Source of the DNA: Chthoniobacteraceae bacterium
GTDB taxonomy: Bacteria > Verrucomicrobiota > Verrucomicrobiia > Chthoniobacterales > Chthoniobacteraceae
Assembly (NCBI GenBank): GCA_031409335.1
Contig: JANNWY010000236.1
Location: forward strand, 1 to 64,000
DNA: 64,000 nt
Direction: 5' to 3'
Shown here: positions 50,483-60,512 of the stretch, in pieces
How the letters are laid out: each line of letters begins with the position of its first letter
Position numbering within the stretch: the first letter of the stretch is position 1
Position numbers and translations under genes: made by a program
Notes under the pieces: generated by a model
Seen by the model: only the letters and a program-made list of their open reading frames with translations
Told to the model about the DNA's origin: nothing
Database searches by the model: none

Positions 50483-51193
50483 TCAACAAATCAGCAGCAA
50501 CCGCGGCGGCTCGCCGGGCTGCGTCTCGGGCGCGCGATGGATGCACGGCGGGACGGGGCTGCCGGGCCAGTCCACGGCGATGCGCCAGAGATGGCCCAGG
50601 CCGAAGGAAAAAGGCCGCGCCTGCGGGAGCGCCGCGTAGTGCAGATCATAGCAGTGGTCGCGGAGGTATTCGCGGAAATCGTCGTCGTCTTCCCCGCCGA
50701 AAAGTTGGAGCAGCGCGGCGTGCGTTTCGGCGATGTCCACGCGCCGCAGCGCCTCATCATTGCGCAGGCCTTCGCTCGGCGGTCCGTGATAGGTGCAGAG
50801 CCAGGTGTCCGCTTCCACCGGCGCGCTGTCGGCGTGAAAGGAAAAGACATCCGTGGACACTGGCCCTGCCTCGTCATCGCGCGGGTAGCCGTGGATGCAG
50901 TTTAGCACTGGGTCGCGATCGTGCGCCCGGAGCAGCAGCTGATCTTCTAGTAAAATCTCGACCGCCGCCCGCCCAGCCTCACCTATTGGGAGGCTCCGGA
51001 GCAGGGCGTCGTCGAGGGTCATGATCGCTTCGCCCTCGCCCAGCATTGCAACCACTTCACCGAAATCGCCCGGCAACGTGCGCGGCCAGCAGAGCGCGTT
51101 GATGTCGTCAGTAAAGGGCGTCGCGACCAGCTCCGCAAAACTGCGCACGACCTTGATACGAGGGTAGGCGGATGGCAGCGCGAAAGGGGTCAT
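50483..51193 (-). CDS. Hypothetical protein (DUF1826-like)
   Basis: Start MTPFALP at 51193; SFHAD...LCTYHG...HRAP...RLLLI pattern (His-x-Asp...His). Confidence 0.65.
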   Translation of the reverse strand: MTPFALPSAYPRIKVVRSFAELVATPFTDDINALCWPRTLPGDFGEVVAMLGEGEAIMTLDDALLRSLPIGEAGRAAVEILLEDQLLLRAHDRDPVLNCIHGYPRDDEAGPVSTDVFSFHADSAPVEADTWLCTYHGPPSEGLRNDEALRRVDIAETHAALLQLFGGEDDDDFREYLRDHCYDLHYAALPQARPFSFGLGHLWRIAVDWPGSPVPPCIHRAPETQPGEPPRLLLIC

Positions 51194-51207
51194 GGCCGCT
51201 GCGCCCT

Positions 51208-52320
51208 TCACTCTCGCGGATGAAACGGAAAATCGGTGTAACCCTCCGCGGTCGGTGCCGACCAGGTCGTCACGTCCGCCGGCGGATTGAGCGCCCAGCC
51301 GTTCGCGAAGCGCTCGACCAGATCCGGATTGCTCAGCCACGGTCGGCCGAAAGCGATCAGGTCCGCTTCGCCCGCAGCGATCGCCGCCTCCGCCGTCTCC
51401 TGCGTGTAGCCACAGTTGCCCATCAGCGGCCCGGTGAAGACCGCGCGAAACTCCGCCAGCGTCATCGGCACGCCCTGCTCGTGAAAGCCAAACGCCAGCC
51501 CGTCCACCACATGCAGGTAAGCCAGCCCGCAGCCATCGAGCTGTGCTGCCGCGTGGGTATAGGTCTCGCGGAAATCCGGCGCGCCCATGTTGTTGAAATT
51601 CCCATTCGGCGACAACCGCACGCCCACCCGATCCGCCGGCCACACCGTCAGCACCGCGGCCGTCACTTCTTTCAAAAAACGAACCCGATTCTCCACGCTC
51701 CCACCGTATTGATCCGTCCGGTGATTCGTCTTCGAGTCGAGGAACTGATTGATCAGGTAGCCGTTGGCCGCGTGAATCTCCACGCCATCGAACCCCGCGG
51801 CCTTCGCCCGCGCCGCCGCCCGCCGGTAATCCTCCACCACGCCCGCGATCTCCGCCGTCTCCAGCGCGCGCGGCACCTCATAGGGCTGCTTGCCGATCGG
51901 CGTGTGAATGGATTCGCCATTGATCTTGATCGCCGACGCCGACACCGCCGGCTGCCCGCCGTGAAAGCTGCTGTGCGAAGCCCGCCCGCAGTGCCAGAGC
52001 TGCAAAAAGATCGGTGTCCCCCGCGCCTGCAACGCCGCCACGATCTTCCGCCAACCCGCCTCCTGCGCCTCGTTGTAAATCCCCGGCGAATCCACCCACC
52101 CATTTCCCTGTTCGGAAACCACGGTCGCCTCTGCGACGATCAACCCCGCCGAAGCGCGCTGCGTGTAATACTCCACCATCAAGTCATTCGGCACCCGCGC
52201 CCGCCCCGCCCGCCCCCGCGTCAACGGTGCCATCACTACGCGATTGCGCAGCGGGAGGTCGCGGAGGTCGAAGGCGGAGAGCAGTTGGTGTGACGGGGTA
52301 GTGGTGGGTGGTGTGGTCAT
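51208..52320 (-). CDS. Alkene reductase (Old Yellow Enzyme, NemA-like)
   Basis: NRVVMAPLTR, QLWHCGR, GFDGVEIHAANGYL, RTDQYGGS.ENR, FGRPWLSNPDL. Confidence 0.93.
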   Translation of the reverse strand: MTTPPTTTPSHQLLSAFDLRDLPLRNRVVMAPLTRGRAGRARVPNDLMVEYYTQRASAGLIVAEATVVSEQGNGWVDSPGIYNEAQEAGWRKIVAALQARGTPIFLQLWHCGRASHSSFHGGQPAVSASAIKINGESIHTPIGKQPYEVPRALETAEIAGVVEDYRRAAARAKAAGFDGVEIHAANGYLINQFLDSKTNHRTDQYGGSVENRVRFLKEVTAAVLTVWPADRVGVRLSPNGNFNNMGAPDFRETYTHAAAQLDGCGLAYLHVVDGLAFGFHEQGVPMTLAEFRAVFTGPLMGNCGYTQETAEAAIAAGEADLIAFGRPWLSNPDLVERFANGWALNPPADVTTWSAPTAEGYTDFPFHPRE

Positions 52321-52708
52321 GGAAAAAGTAAGATCGATTCAGGCCGCTCTTCGCCTGCCCGGCAAGTCTGGATGCCAGCGCACGCGGATTCCTTGGAAAA
52401 GAGAACGCCTAATTCTCCGGCGGCTCCTCGCGCACGACAAACGATTCGATTTCCCGCTCCTCCATCAGCTTCCGCCGAGGCGCGCGGATTTCGGTCATGA
52501 TCTCGTCCTCCGGCTCCGCATCGACCTTCTCCCAGTCCGGCGACGGCAGTTTCTAGCGGCGGCTGGCCTGCGAACGACACGACCTCATGGCCCGCTGCCA
52601 CCCACCGCGCTTCGCCCGCGCGGAGATGCTCGCCGAGCCGTCGCAAACCGCCGCCGCATTCGCGTACGAGCGCAGCGCGAGTTCGGCGGATTTCGTCAGC
52701 CCAATGGA

Positions 52709-53707
52709 TTACTTCGCAAAATTTGTCGCCTTGAGCCGTTCAAGAATCGACGTGGCGAGCTCCCGAAAATCCCTTTCGCAATCTTTGACGCTGTAAGTGT
52801 GTGCGCCGATGGCACCGTCGGATGGCTTGAGGCGAAAGATCGGTTTGCGTGCCTCCATCGCCATAGGCATCAGACTCCGGTAATGCTTGAGCAGGCCAAG
52901 GCAATGGCTGTCGTCCTGAGCGGCCCCCAATGGGGCAGGCGGTTTACCGAGAACTTTTTCCGCGAAGGTCGAGGGAATGCGTCGCGCCCATTTCTCATAG
53001 GCGCTCACTGGCCTGTTGTCGCGGATGCCAAATTGCAGCACCACATAGCCAAGCGGCTCCATGACTGCTGCGGGCAGACGCAAATCGCTCGCAGGATTCT
53101 GAGCAAGGCGGACGTTCCAATCCCGGCGCCAGCTTGCGAGTGTAGGTCCCAAGTTGCGCAGGCCTTGGATGGAGAAAAGGTCGGGCGCCACCGGAATGAC
53201 CACGGCGTCGGCGCAGATCAGTGCGGCACGATTGATGGCACCGAAATTCGGACCTACGTCGATCAGCACAAGGTCGGCGTCGAAACTATCTGCGACTTGC
53301 CGAGTAATTCGATAGAGGGAACTTGTCGTACGAAATGCCGGCTCCACCCGGTCGAGACATTTTCCCCACGCTTCGGACAGATTGGACTCAAAATTCGACA
53401 GGTTCAAATCGCCGGGAATAAGACGGAGGTTTGGCGCAATTCGCACGAGCGGGGTTGAACCAATGTCTCCGAGTCCACGGATGATTGGGGTGAGCGGAGC
53501 CACCACGCTTTGGTCCTGAGTGTTATCCGGATCCCACAGCTTTTCGAGTTCCGGCTCCGTCAGAAACATTGAGGTAAGATTGGCCTGCGGATCAAAGTCT
53601 GCGACGAGAACGCGTTTGCCCATGTCTGCGAACATCCAGGCGAGGTGGTAAAGGAGTGTCGTCTTCCCAACGCCGCCCTTGTTATTAAAGAAAGCGAGCG
53701 TTTTCAT
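52709..53707 (-). CDS. Orphan ParA/Soj family ATPase
   Basis: FFNNKGGVGKTT deviant Walker A, DFDPQANLT, IDVGPN..AINR, PDLFS; no parB nearby. Confidence 0.9.
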   Translation of the reverse strand: MKTLAFFNNKGGVGKTTLLYHLAWMFADMGKRVLVADFDPQANLTSMFLTEPELEKLWDPDNTQDQSVVAPLTPIIRGLGDIGSTPLVRIAPNLRLIPGDLNLSNFESNLSEAWGKCLDRVEPAFRTTSSLYRITRQVADSFDADLVLIDVGPNFGAINRAALICADAVVIPVAPDLFSIQGLRNLGPTLASWRRDWNVRLAQNPASDLRLPAAVMEPLGYVVLQFGIRDNRPVSAYEKWARRIPSTFAEKVLGKPPAPLGAAQDDSHCLGLLKHYRSLMPMAMEARKPIFRLKPSDGAIGAHTYSVKDCERDFRELATSILERLKATNFAK

Positions 53708-54897
53708 CGTTGCGGGTGCTTGGGGATGACGGCGAGGAAGTGGTTCACTTGAAACTCGAAGTGTAGCTCCGAGCTCCCGTTTTCCTGCATGAACCGCCGG
53801 GCGCGGGCGATACCACGTCCGAAGCGATTCACGTAACCGAGCACATGCATGGCCTCTCCGATAATTGGATTTCGGTAGGCGTTCACACGCGGAAAATTCT
53901 CGGGCGACGCCTCTCCGTAAAGACCGCCCGGATTTTGAATCTCAATCCGGTCGCTGAATTGGTAAAATCGGACTGGACTCGTGGATTGGTAATCGCGGTG
54001 CAGCACCGCGTTCATCAAAAGTTCGCGCACCGCTTCCGGGGGATAGTCGAAAACGGTTTGCTCGCGTAGCTCCGAAACAGTTACCGGTTTTTGTGTGAAG
54101 CGTCCCTTGAGAAAGCTGTCCAATTCCGCCAGCAAAGTAATGAGATTGCCAGTGAACGTCTTCTCAGCAAGCACATCGTCCGCCAACTGTGGGCCGGCAT
54201 ACTGGACGAACTGAACTTTGGCTCCGGGAAACAAATCGAGCGGGTCGTAGGCGAGGATGAGCATCCCAGCATTAGTCGGGCAATTCCGGTTCAGGTTGTA
54301 AAGACGGAGCGCGGCCAGTTGCTCCTCCACACCGCGATGATTTTCGGCGATGACCTCTTCAGCGATGGCTTGAGGGCGATAGGTTTGACGGAATGTTTCA
54401 ATATCCAGCCGCTTCAACGCACCTTCCACACATGGCGTTGCGTCGAATGTCGGGAACTTCGCGGCTCGGCGCTCCATGAGCACACGCTCCTCCGCTTCGC
54501 TTGCGGTATCCTTGCGGGGGCCGATGCGAATGTGCGTTCGGCCTCTATAGCGTACTGGAGGCAGGTCATGAGGAAACACTTCGACAACGATGATGTCACC
54601 GCCGCCATCCGGATGGGGATGCGCGGCCACATTCATCACGGGCAGTGGAATCACTGCGCCATCCGATCGATACGACGCAAATTGTTGTAAAAGAGCGTCC
54701 GTAGCCCTGAGCCGGAATACGGCGTCTTTCTCCTCCACGCCTATCAGCAGGTAACCCGGCTGTTTCCTTCCTGCCATGTCATTGGAAAAGGAACAGATGG
54801 CCTCGCGAAATTTGTCCTTGTCCGTAGTCGACCGTGTCTTCTCAACGCGGTCTGTTTCGTTGCACTGGATGAGGTTTCGTAGTTCGTCTGCCGTCAT
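53704..54897 (-). CDS. Schlafen/AlbA_2 domain protein with C-terminal HATPase_c_4-type ATP-binding domain
   Basis: ETDRVEK...EAICSFSND...GYLLIGVE (AlbA_2); YPPEAVRELLMNAVLHRDY, DRIEIQNPGGL, RNP, GRGI; start ATG 54897; ATGA overlap with parA. Confidence 0.88.
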   Translation of the reverse strand: MTADELRNLIQCNETDRVEKTRSTTDKDKFREAICSFSNDMAGRKQPGYLLIGVEEKDAVFRLRATDALLQQFASYRSDGAVIPLPVMNVAAHPHPDGGGDIIVVEVFPHDLPPVRYRGRTHIRIGPRKDTASEAEERVLMERRAAKFPTFDATPCVEGALKRLDIETFRQTYRPQAIAEEVIAENHRGVEEQLAALRLYNLNRNCPTNAGMLILAYDPLDLFPGAKVQFVQYAGPQLADDVLAEKTFTGNLITLLAELDSFLKGRFTQKPVTVSELREQTVFDYPPEAVRELLMNAVLHRDYQSTSPVRFYQFSDRIEIQNPGGLYGEASPENFPRVNAYRNPIIGEAMHVLGYVNRFGRGIARARRFMQENGSSELHFEFQVNHFLAVIPKHPQR

Positions 54898-55144
54898 TGA
54901 AATTGGTGTTGCGATACGTCGTGCCGATACTGCGACCGGGGTTGTCTGTTGTCGCGCCTTTTTCGACCAAGTGAGATACTTCCGGTGATGATGATCGTTG
55001 CGCCACGCGCTCTCCATCAGCTGCGGTCGCATCACGGTGGCAGGCAAGCTCCGGCGATCTCTTTCGCAAAAGGAAGCATCTTGCCGCTTGCCTCGCGCCG
55101 CTGCGCTCCCCCATTCTCCGCGCTCATTTTTCAGCCTCAAAAAC

Positions 55145-56035
55145 ATGTCTCAAAAAATTGCATTCGTCGGAGTCGGTCGCATGGGCGCAAACATGGCCCG
55201 CCGTCTAAAAGATCAGGGTTTCACCGTCAGCGCGGTCTATGATCGCCATCGCGAATCCGCCACTAAACTCGCCGAGGAACTCGGCGCTTCCGCCCCGGAA
55301 AAACTCGCGGGCGTGACGGCTGCGGCGGATGTCATCATCACGGTCGTCACCGATGACGAAGCGATGGATGTAATCTTTGCGGAAAGCGGTGATTCGCTGC
55401 TTTCAGGCGCGAGCGGAAAGCTCTTCATCAACTGCGCGACGATCTCGCCGGCGACGCATGTCGAGACGGAGCAGCGCGCGGAAAAGGCCGGCGCGGAATC
55501 GCTCGAAGCCTGCATGGCGTCGAGCATCACCCAGGCACGCGAAGGCTCGCTCTATCTCATGCTCGGTGGAAAACCAGCCGTGTTTGAAAAAGCGAAGCCC
55601 GTGCTGGAAAAGCTCGCGGGTTCGATGCGTTTTGTCGGTGGTGCGGGCGAGGCCGCGAAGGTGAAGGCGCTGGTGAATATGGTGATGAATATCAACACCG
55701 CGGGGCTCGCCGAAGGGCTCGGACTCGGCGACGCGCTGGGGCTCGATCTCGCGATGCTGCGCGAAGTTTTCTCGCAGACCGGCGCGAATTCCCGCGTTCT
55801 CGTGACCGATGGCGAGGACATGCAGAATCGCGATCACTCGTGCTTTTTCAGCTCCGCGCATGCGGCGAAGGACAGCGGCATCGCGGTGCGGCTCGCGCGG
55901 GAATTCGGCGTCGAACTCCCGCTCGCCGAGGCGACGAAGGCGCAATACGACAAGATGGTTTTTGAAGGTCTCGGCGAACTCGACAAATCGGGCATCGCGG
56001 AGCTGACCTTCAAGGGCCGTCATCAGGCGGACTAG
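55145..56035 (+). CDS. NAD(P)-dependent oxidoreductase, 3-hydroxyisobutyrate dehydrogenase family
   Basis: FVGVGRMGANMA Rossmann motif, K..VN, F....AAKD; start ATG 55145. Confidence 0.9.
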   Translation: MSQKIAFVGVGRMGANMARRLKDQGFTVSAVYDRHRESATKLAEELGASAPEKLAGVTAAADVIITVVTDDEAMDVIFAESGDSLLSGASGKLFINCATISPATHVETEQRAEKAGAESLEACMASSITQAREGSLYLMLGGKPAVFEKAKPVLEKLAGSMRFVGGAGEAAKVKALVNMVMNINTAGLAEGLGLGDALGLDLAMLREVFSQTGANSRVLVTDGEDMQNRDHSCFFSSAHAAKDSGIAVRLAREFGVELPLAEATKAQYDKMVFEGLGELDKSGIAELTFKGRHQAD

Positions 56036-56041
56036 CCGCGG

Positions 56042-57049
56042 CTACGTCGCTGCCTGAAGCTGCGACTGCGCGGGCTCTGCCTCCTCGGGTGGTTGCCAGC
56101 CGCAGTATTCGCGCAGCATCGCGCCGCTGATTCCGATCAGCCGCTGCTGGATTCCGTCGAGGTATTCATGCAGCCCGGATCTCAGGACTTCGCCGATCTC
56201 CGCGTAGCGCAGGTCCGAGCACAGTCGGCCGGAAAGGCGTTCAGCTTCATTCGCGTAGTGGTCCTGATCGCTTCCGGAAATGCAGTGCAACGCGCGATCC
56301 AGCCGTTCGCACGAAAAGCGCACGGAACGCGGAAAATCTTCGTGCAGCAGGATGAATTCGGCGACCGTCCACGGCGTCACCTGGCCGGTGTGAATCTTCC
56401 GGTAAGCCTCGAATGCGCTGCATGATTTCAACACCGCCTGCCATTGCACGGTGTCCACATTTCCACCGACCTGCTCATCGCCCGGAAGGAGGATGTGATA
56501 CTTCAAATCGAGGATGCGCGAGGCGGCATCCGCGCGCTCGAGGTGCTTGCCGATTTGGAGAAAATTCCAGCCTTCCCCGTGCGTGAGCGTCGCGTCCGTG
56601 GTGCCGTGAAACTGGTGCGCATAATCGACGACCTGGCGGTAAAAGTCGATCGCGCTTCCCTCAAACAACTGCCGCGCGGACGCGGAATTCAGCCAGAGAT
56701 ACAGCCCGTTGATGCGCTCCCACATTTCGCTCGAAATGTATTCGCGCACCGTCCGCGCATTTTCGCGCGCGTGCGCCACGGCGCACGCGATCGAGTTCGG
56801 ATTTTCCTGCGCGAACGTGACGAACTCGCAGACCGCGTCGCCGCTGACGACGGCATAGAGCGCGTGAAAACGCTTTTGATCGTCGAGCGTGGCAATGATC
56901 GGCAGCCAGTTGCGCGCCTCCGCATCGGCGCCGCCGTGTTCGGAATCGAGCGTGAGTTGCAGGTTCACATCGAGAATCCGCGCGGTGTTTTCCGCTCGTT
57001 CGATGTATCGGGCGAGCCAGTAAAGTGAGTCTGCGACGCGTGCGAGCAT
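56042..57049 (-). CDS. Alpha-E domain protein (DUF403)
   Basis: MLARVADSLYWLARYIERAENTARIL, ARENARTVRE.ISSEMWE, GKHLERAD, FPRS; true start ATG 57049 inside the 985-aa track ORF. Confidence 0.92.
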   Translation of the reverse strand: MLARVADSLYWLARYIERAENTARILDVNLQLTLDSEHGGADAEARNWLPIIATLDDQKRFHALYAVVSGDAVCEFVTFAQENPNSIACAVAHARENARTVREYISSEMWERINGLYLWLNSASARQLFEGSAIDFYRQVVDYAHQFHGTTDATLTHGEGWNFLQIGKHLERADAASRILDLKYHILLPGDEQVGGNVDTVQWQAVLKSCSAFEAYRKIHTGQVTPWTVAEFILLHEDFPRSVRFSCERLDRALHCISGSDQDHYANEAERLSGRLCSDLRYAEIGEVLRSGLHEYLDGIQQRLIGISGAMLREYCGWQPPEEAEPAQSQLQAAT

Positions 57050-57148
57050 GGGTGTGTGGTGGTGGAAAATCTTCACGCGCACCGTGGCGGATCGTCCGCG
57101 GTTTGACGAGTGGATTGGATGGCGATTCGCGCTAACCTGCCGCCCGCC

Positions 57149-59572
57149 ATGTCCGCCGAAACTCTCACACCCGAACTCCTCGCGCCCGCGGGCGGCTGGG
57201 ATTGCGTGCGCGCGGCGGTCGCGAATGGCGCGGACGCGATCTACTTCGGCCTGCCGCGATTTAATGCGCGATTGCGCGCGGACAATTTCACCGAGGCCGA
57301 ATTGCCGGAGGTCGTCGCGTTTTGCCACCGCCACGGCGTGAAGGCGTACGTCGCATTCAACACGCTCGTTTTCACCGATGAACTCGAAGCCGCCGCGGAT
57401 TACCTCCGGCTGCTCAATCGCGCGGGGGTCGATGCCTTGATCGTGCAGGATGTCGGGCTGGTGCGGCTCGCGCGAAAACTCGTGCCGGAACTGCCAATCC
57501 ACGCAAGCACGCAGATGACGATCACCTCGCCGGAAGGCGCGCAATTCGTGACGGAACTCGGCGTCGAGCGGGTGGTGCTCGCGCGGGAATTGTCGCTGCG
57601 CGAGTTGAAAAAGTTCCGCGCGCCCAATCCGCAATTGGAAGTCTTCGTCCACGGCGCATTGTGCGTCGCGTATTCCGGCCAGTGCCTCACCAGCGAAGCG
57701 CTCGGCCAGCGCAGCGCAAATCGCGGCGAATGCGCGCAGGCGTGCCGGATGCCTTACGAGCTGATCGTCGACGGCGCGGTGCGCGATCTGGGTGACAAAC
57801 GCTACCTGCTTTCGCCGCAGGATCTCGCGGCAGTAAATGAGATCCCCGCGCTCATCGCGGCGGGCGTGGTGAGTTTCAAAATCGAAGGCCGGCTGAAGTC
57901 GCCGGAATACGTCGCGGGTGTCTGCCAAGTGTATCGCAAGGCGATCGACGCGGCGCTGGCGGCGCGTGAATTCACGGCGGATGCGGCGGATCGCTACCAG
58001 CTCGAGATGACGTTTTCGCGCGGCCTTTACAGCGGCTGGATGCACGGCGTGCAGCATCAGGAACTGGTGTCGGCGCGGTTTGGAAAAAAGCGCGGCGCGT
58101 TCGCGGGGCGCATCGAAAATATGGGGCGCGATTTTGTGGAATTCACGCCGCAGGTGCCGCTGAGTTTGGGCGACGGCGTGGTCTTCGACACCGGCGGCGA
58201 CACGGATGCGGAGCAGGGTGGGCGGATATATCAGATCAAGGGGAAGCGGCTGTTTTTCCAGCACCGGCACATCGACTTCACGAAGCTGAAGCAGGGCGAT
58301 CGGGTGTGGAAAACGGACGATCCCGCGCTGAACAAACGCCTCCAGCAATCCTTCGCCGGTAAGATCGAACCGCGCCATCGCGTGCGGATCGACTTGCGCG
58401 TGAGCGGACGCGCGGGCGAGGCAATGTGCGTGGCAGTGGAAGGCGCGCAGCCTGTGCGCTCGGCGATCATCCTGCAAACCGCCCGCACCGCGCCGCTCTC
58501 CGCGGAGAAACTGCGCGATCATCTCGGGCGCTTCGGCGACAGCGTTTACGAACTGGGCGAACTCACGAACGAACTCGAAGGCGAAGTCATTCTCCCGATC
58601 GGCGAGCTGAACCGGCTGCGCCGCGAACTCGTCTTCCAACTCGCCGCCGCGCGAAACGTGCAGCGCCCGGAAATCGCGCTGACCGTCGCATCGCTGCTCG
58701 CCCCATCGCGCGCGCGGGAACGCGAAGATTCCACGCTCCGCGTGCTCTGCCGCTCGATGGATCAACTCGCCGCCGCGCTCGCGGCGGGAGTCGGCGAACT
58801 CTACGTCGATTTCGAGGACATCCGCCGCTACGCCGACGCGGTGAAACTCGTCCGCGAGCGCGGCGACGCCGCGATCTTTCTCGCCACGCCGCGCATCCAA
58901 AAAGCGGGCGAGGACGGCTTCTTCCGCCTCATCGAAAGTGCCGCGCCCGACGGCTTGCTGCTGCGCAATCTCGGCGCGCTCGAACATTTCCGAAAGCACT
59001 CCGCCCTGCGCAAAGTCGGCGACTTTTCACTGAATGTCGCCAACCCGCTGACCGCCGAGTTTTTCATGAGCCACGGCCTCGAGCGGGTGACGATCAGCTA
59101 CGATCTGAACATCGCACAAGTGCTCGATCTCCTGGGCGTCGCGCGGCCCGCCTGGTTTGAAATCACGCTGCATCAGCACATGCCGATGTTTCACATGGAG
59201 CACTGCGTTTTCGCGGCGTTCATGTCGAACGGGAAGGATTTCACCGACTGCGGACGGCCTTGCGAAAAGCACCGCGTGCATCTGCGCGATCGCGTGGGCA
59301 TGGTGCATCCGCTGCGCGCCGATGTGGGCTGCCGGAATACGCTCTTCAACGCGGTGGCGCAGACCGGGGCCGGCTATTTTGCGCAGCTCGAATCGGCCGG
59401 TCTGCGCGACTTCCGCGTGGAGCTGCTGGAGGAGTCGGCGGAGGAAACGGCGAAGGTGATCGCGGCATACCGCGACCTGCTCGGTGGCGGGCAAAGTGGC
59501 GGCGCTTTGTGGCGCACACTGCGCGCGCAATCGCAACTCGGCGTGACGCGCGGCACGCTCGAAGCGCGGTGA
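57149..59572 (+). CDS. U32 family protein with DUF3656 (RlhA-like, possible RNA hydroxylation factor)
   Basis: PELLAPAG, GADAIY.G, HASTQ, HGALCVAYSGQC...SANRGECAQACR, KIEGRLK; start ATG 57149. Confidence 0.9.
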   Translation: MSAETLTPELLAPAGGWDCVRAAVANGADAIYFGLPRFNARLRADNFTEAELPEVVAFCHRHGVKAYVAFNTLVFTDELEAAADYLRLLNRAGVDALIVQDVGLVRLARKLVPELPIHASTQMTITSPEGAQFVTELGVERVVLARELSLRELKKFRAPNPQLEVFVHGALCVAYSGQCLTSEALGQRSANRGECAQACRMPYELIVDGAVRDLGDKRYLLSPQDLAAVNEIPALIAAGVVSFKIEGRLKSPEYVAGVCQVYRKAIDAALAAREFTADAADRYQLEMTFSRGLYSGWMHGVQHQELVSARFGKKRGAFAGRIENMGRDFVEFTPQVPLSLGDGVVFDTGGDTDAEQGGRIYQIKGKRLFFQHRHIDFTKLKQGDRVWKTDDPALNKRLQQSFAGKIEPRHRVRIDLRVSGRAGEAMCVAVEGAQPVRSAIILQTARTAPLSAEKLRDHLGRFGDSVYELGELTNELEGEVILPIGELNRLRRELVFQLAAARNVQRPEIALTVASLLAPSRAREREDSTLRVLCRSMDQLAAALAAGVGELYVDFEDIRRYADAVKLVRERGDAAIFLATPRIQKAGEDGFFRLIESAAPDGLLLRNLGALEHFRKHSALRKVGDFSLNVANPLTAEFFMSHGLERVTISYDLNIAQVLDLLGVARPAWFEITLHQHMPMFHMEHCVFAAFMSNGKDFTDCGRPCEKHRVHLRDRVGMVHPLRADVGCRNTLFNAVAQTGAGYFAQLESAGLRDFRVELLEESAEETAKVIAAYRDLLGGGQSGGALWRTLRAQSQLGVTRGTLEAR

Positions 59573-59590
59573 GCCGCGTCGCCGACTCAC

Positions 59591-60403
59591 ATGCCCGAAT
59601 TGCCTGAAGTCGAAACGACCGTGCGCGGTCTCGCCGCGGTGTTGCTGAACGCGGAGTTGACGCGGGTCGAGCCGCGCCGCGCCGACCTTCGCCGACCCAT
59701 CCCGACGGATCTCGCGCAGAGGATGAATGGCGCGCGCGTGACCCGGCTTTGGCGGCGGGCGAAGTATGGGCTGATCGAGACGAATCGTGGCGACACCTTG
59801 GTATTCCACCTCGGGATGTCGGGCCGGTGGCGCATCGATCCGGAGGCGATCGGGACGCACGATCACCTGGTCTTGGAAACGCGCAGTGGCCGCGTGCTGG
59901 CGCTCAATGATCCCCGGCGCTTCGGTTCGCTCGATCTGGTGCGAAGTGATGCGATGGAAGCGTTCGGGCCCTTTGCCGCACTTGGCCCGGAGCCACTCGG
60001 GCCGGATTTTTCGGCGAAGCATTTGGCTGCGGCATTCGACGGACGCGTCGCGCCGATCAAGTCACTGCTGCTCGATCAGCGGATCGTGGCGGGGCTCGGC
60101 AACATCTATGTCTGCGAAGCGCTGCACATCGCCGGCATATCCCCGATCAAGCCAGCCGGCAAAGTGTCCACGGCGCGGCTTGCCAGGCTGGTCATTGCCG
60201 TTCGCGATGTCCTCGCTGCCGCCATCGCAGCGGGCGGCTCGACGCTGCGCGACTACGCGCAGCCCGATGGCGAACTCGGCTATTTCTACAAGCAATGGCG
60301 CGTCTATGGTCGCGAAGGGCAGCCGTGTGTCTGCGGGAAAAGCGTGAAGCGCCGGGTGGATGGTGGCAGAGCGACTTTTTATTGCCGCGCCTGCCAGCGT
60401 TGA
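59591..60403 (+). CDS. mutM: Formamidopyrimidine-DNA glycosylase
   Basis: MPELPEVE, RRAKY, HLGMSG, DPRRFG, LLDQ..VAGLGNIY, C-terminal zinc finger. Confidence 0.96.
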   Translation: MPELPEVETTVRGLAAVLLNAELTRVEPRRADLRRPIPTDLAQRMNGARVTRLWRRAKYGLIETNRGDTLVFHLGMSGRWRIDPEAIGTHDHLVLETRSGRVLALNDPRRFGSLDLVRSDAMEAFGPFAALGPEPLGPDFSAKHLAAAFDGRVAPIKSLLLDQRIVAGLGNIYVCEALHIAGISPIKPAGKVSTARLARLVIAVRDVLAAAIAAGGSTLRDYAQPDGELGYFYKQWRVYGREGQPCVCGKSVKRRVDGGRATFYCRACQR

Positions 60404-60512
60404 TCGCGCAGTTGTCCATCCCTGCTGCGACCGGTGAATCGGAAGGCTGCGGCGTGCGCCAAGGGCCATTTTTTTCTCGCTTCATTTCACGCGACTCAGA
60501 CAGCGTTGGTGC

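Noticed and set aside
57050..58999. Apparent 985-aa alpha-E fusion
   Set aside because: The first 650 aa are antisense to the U32 gene; the family start MLARVA is at 57049.
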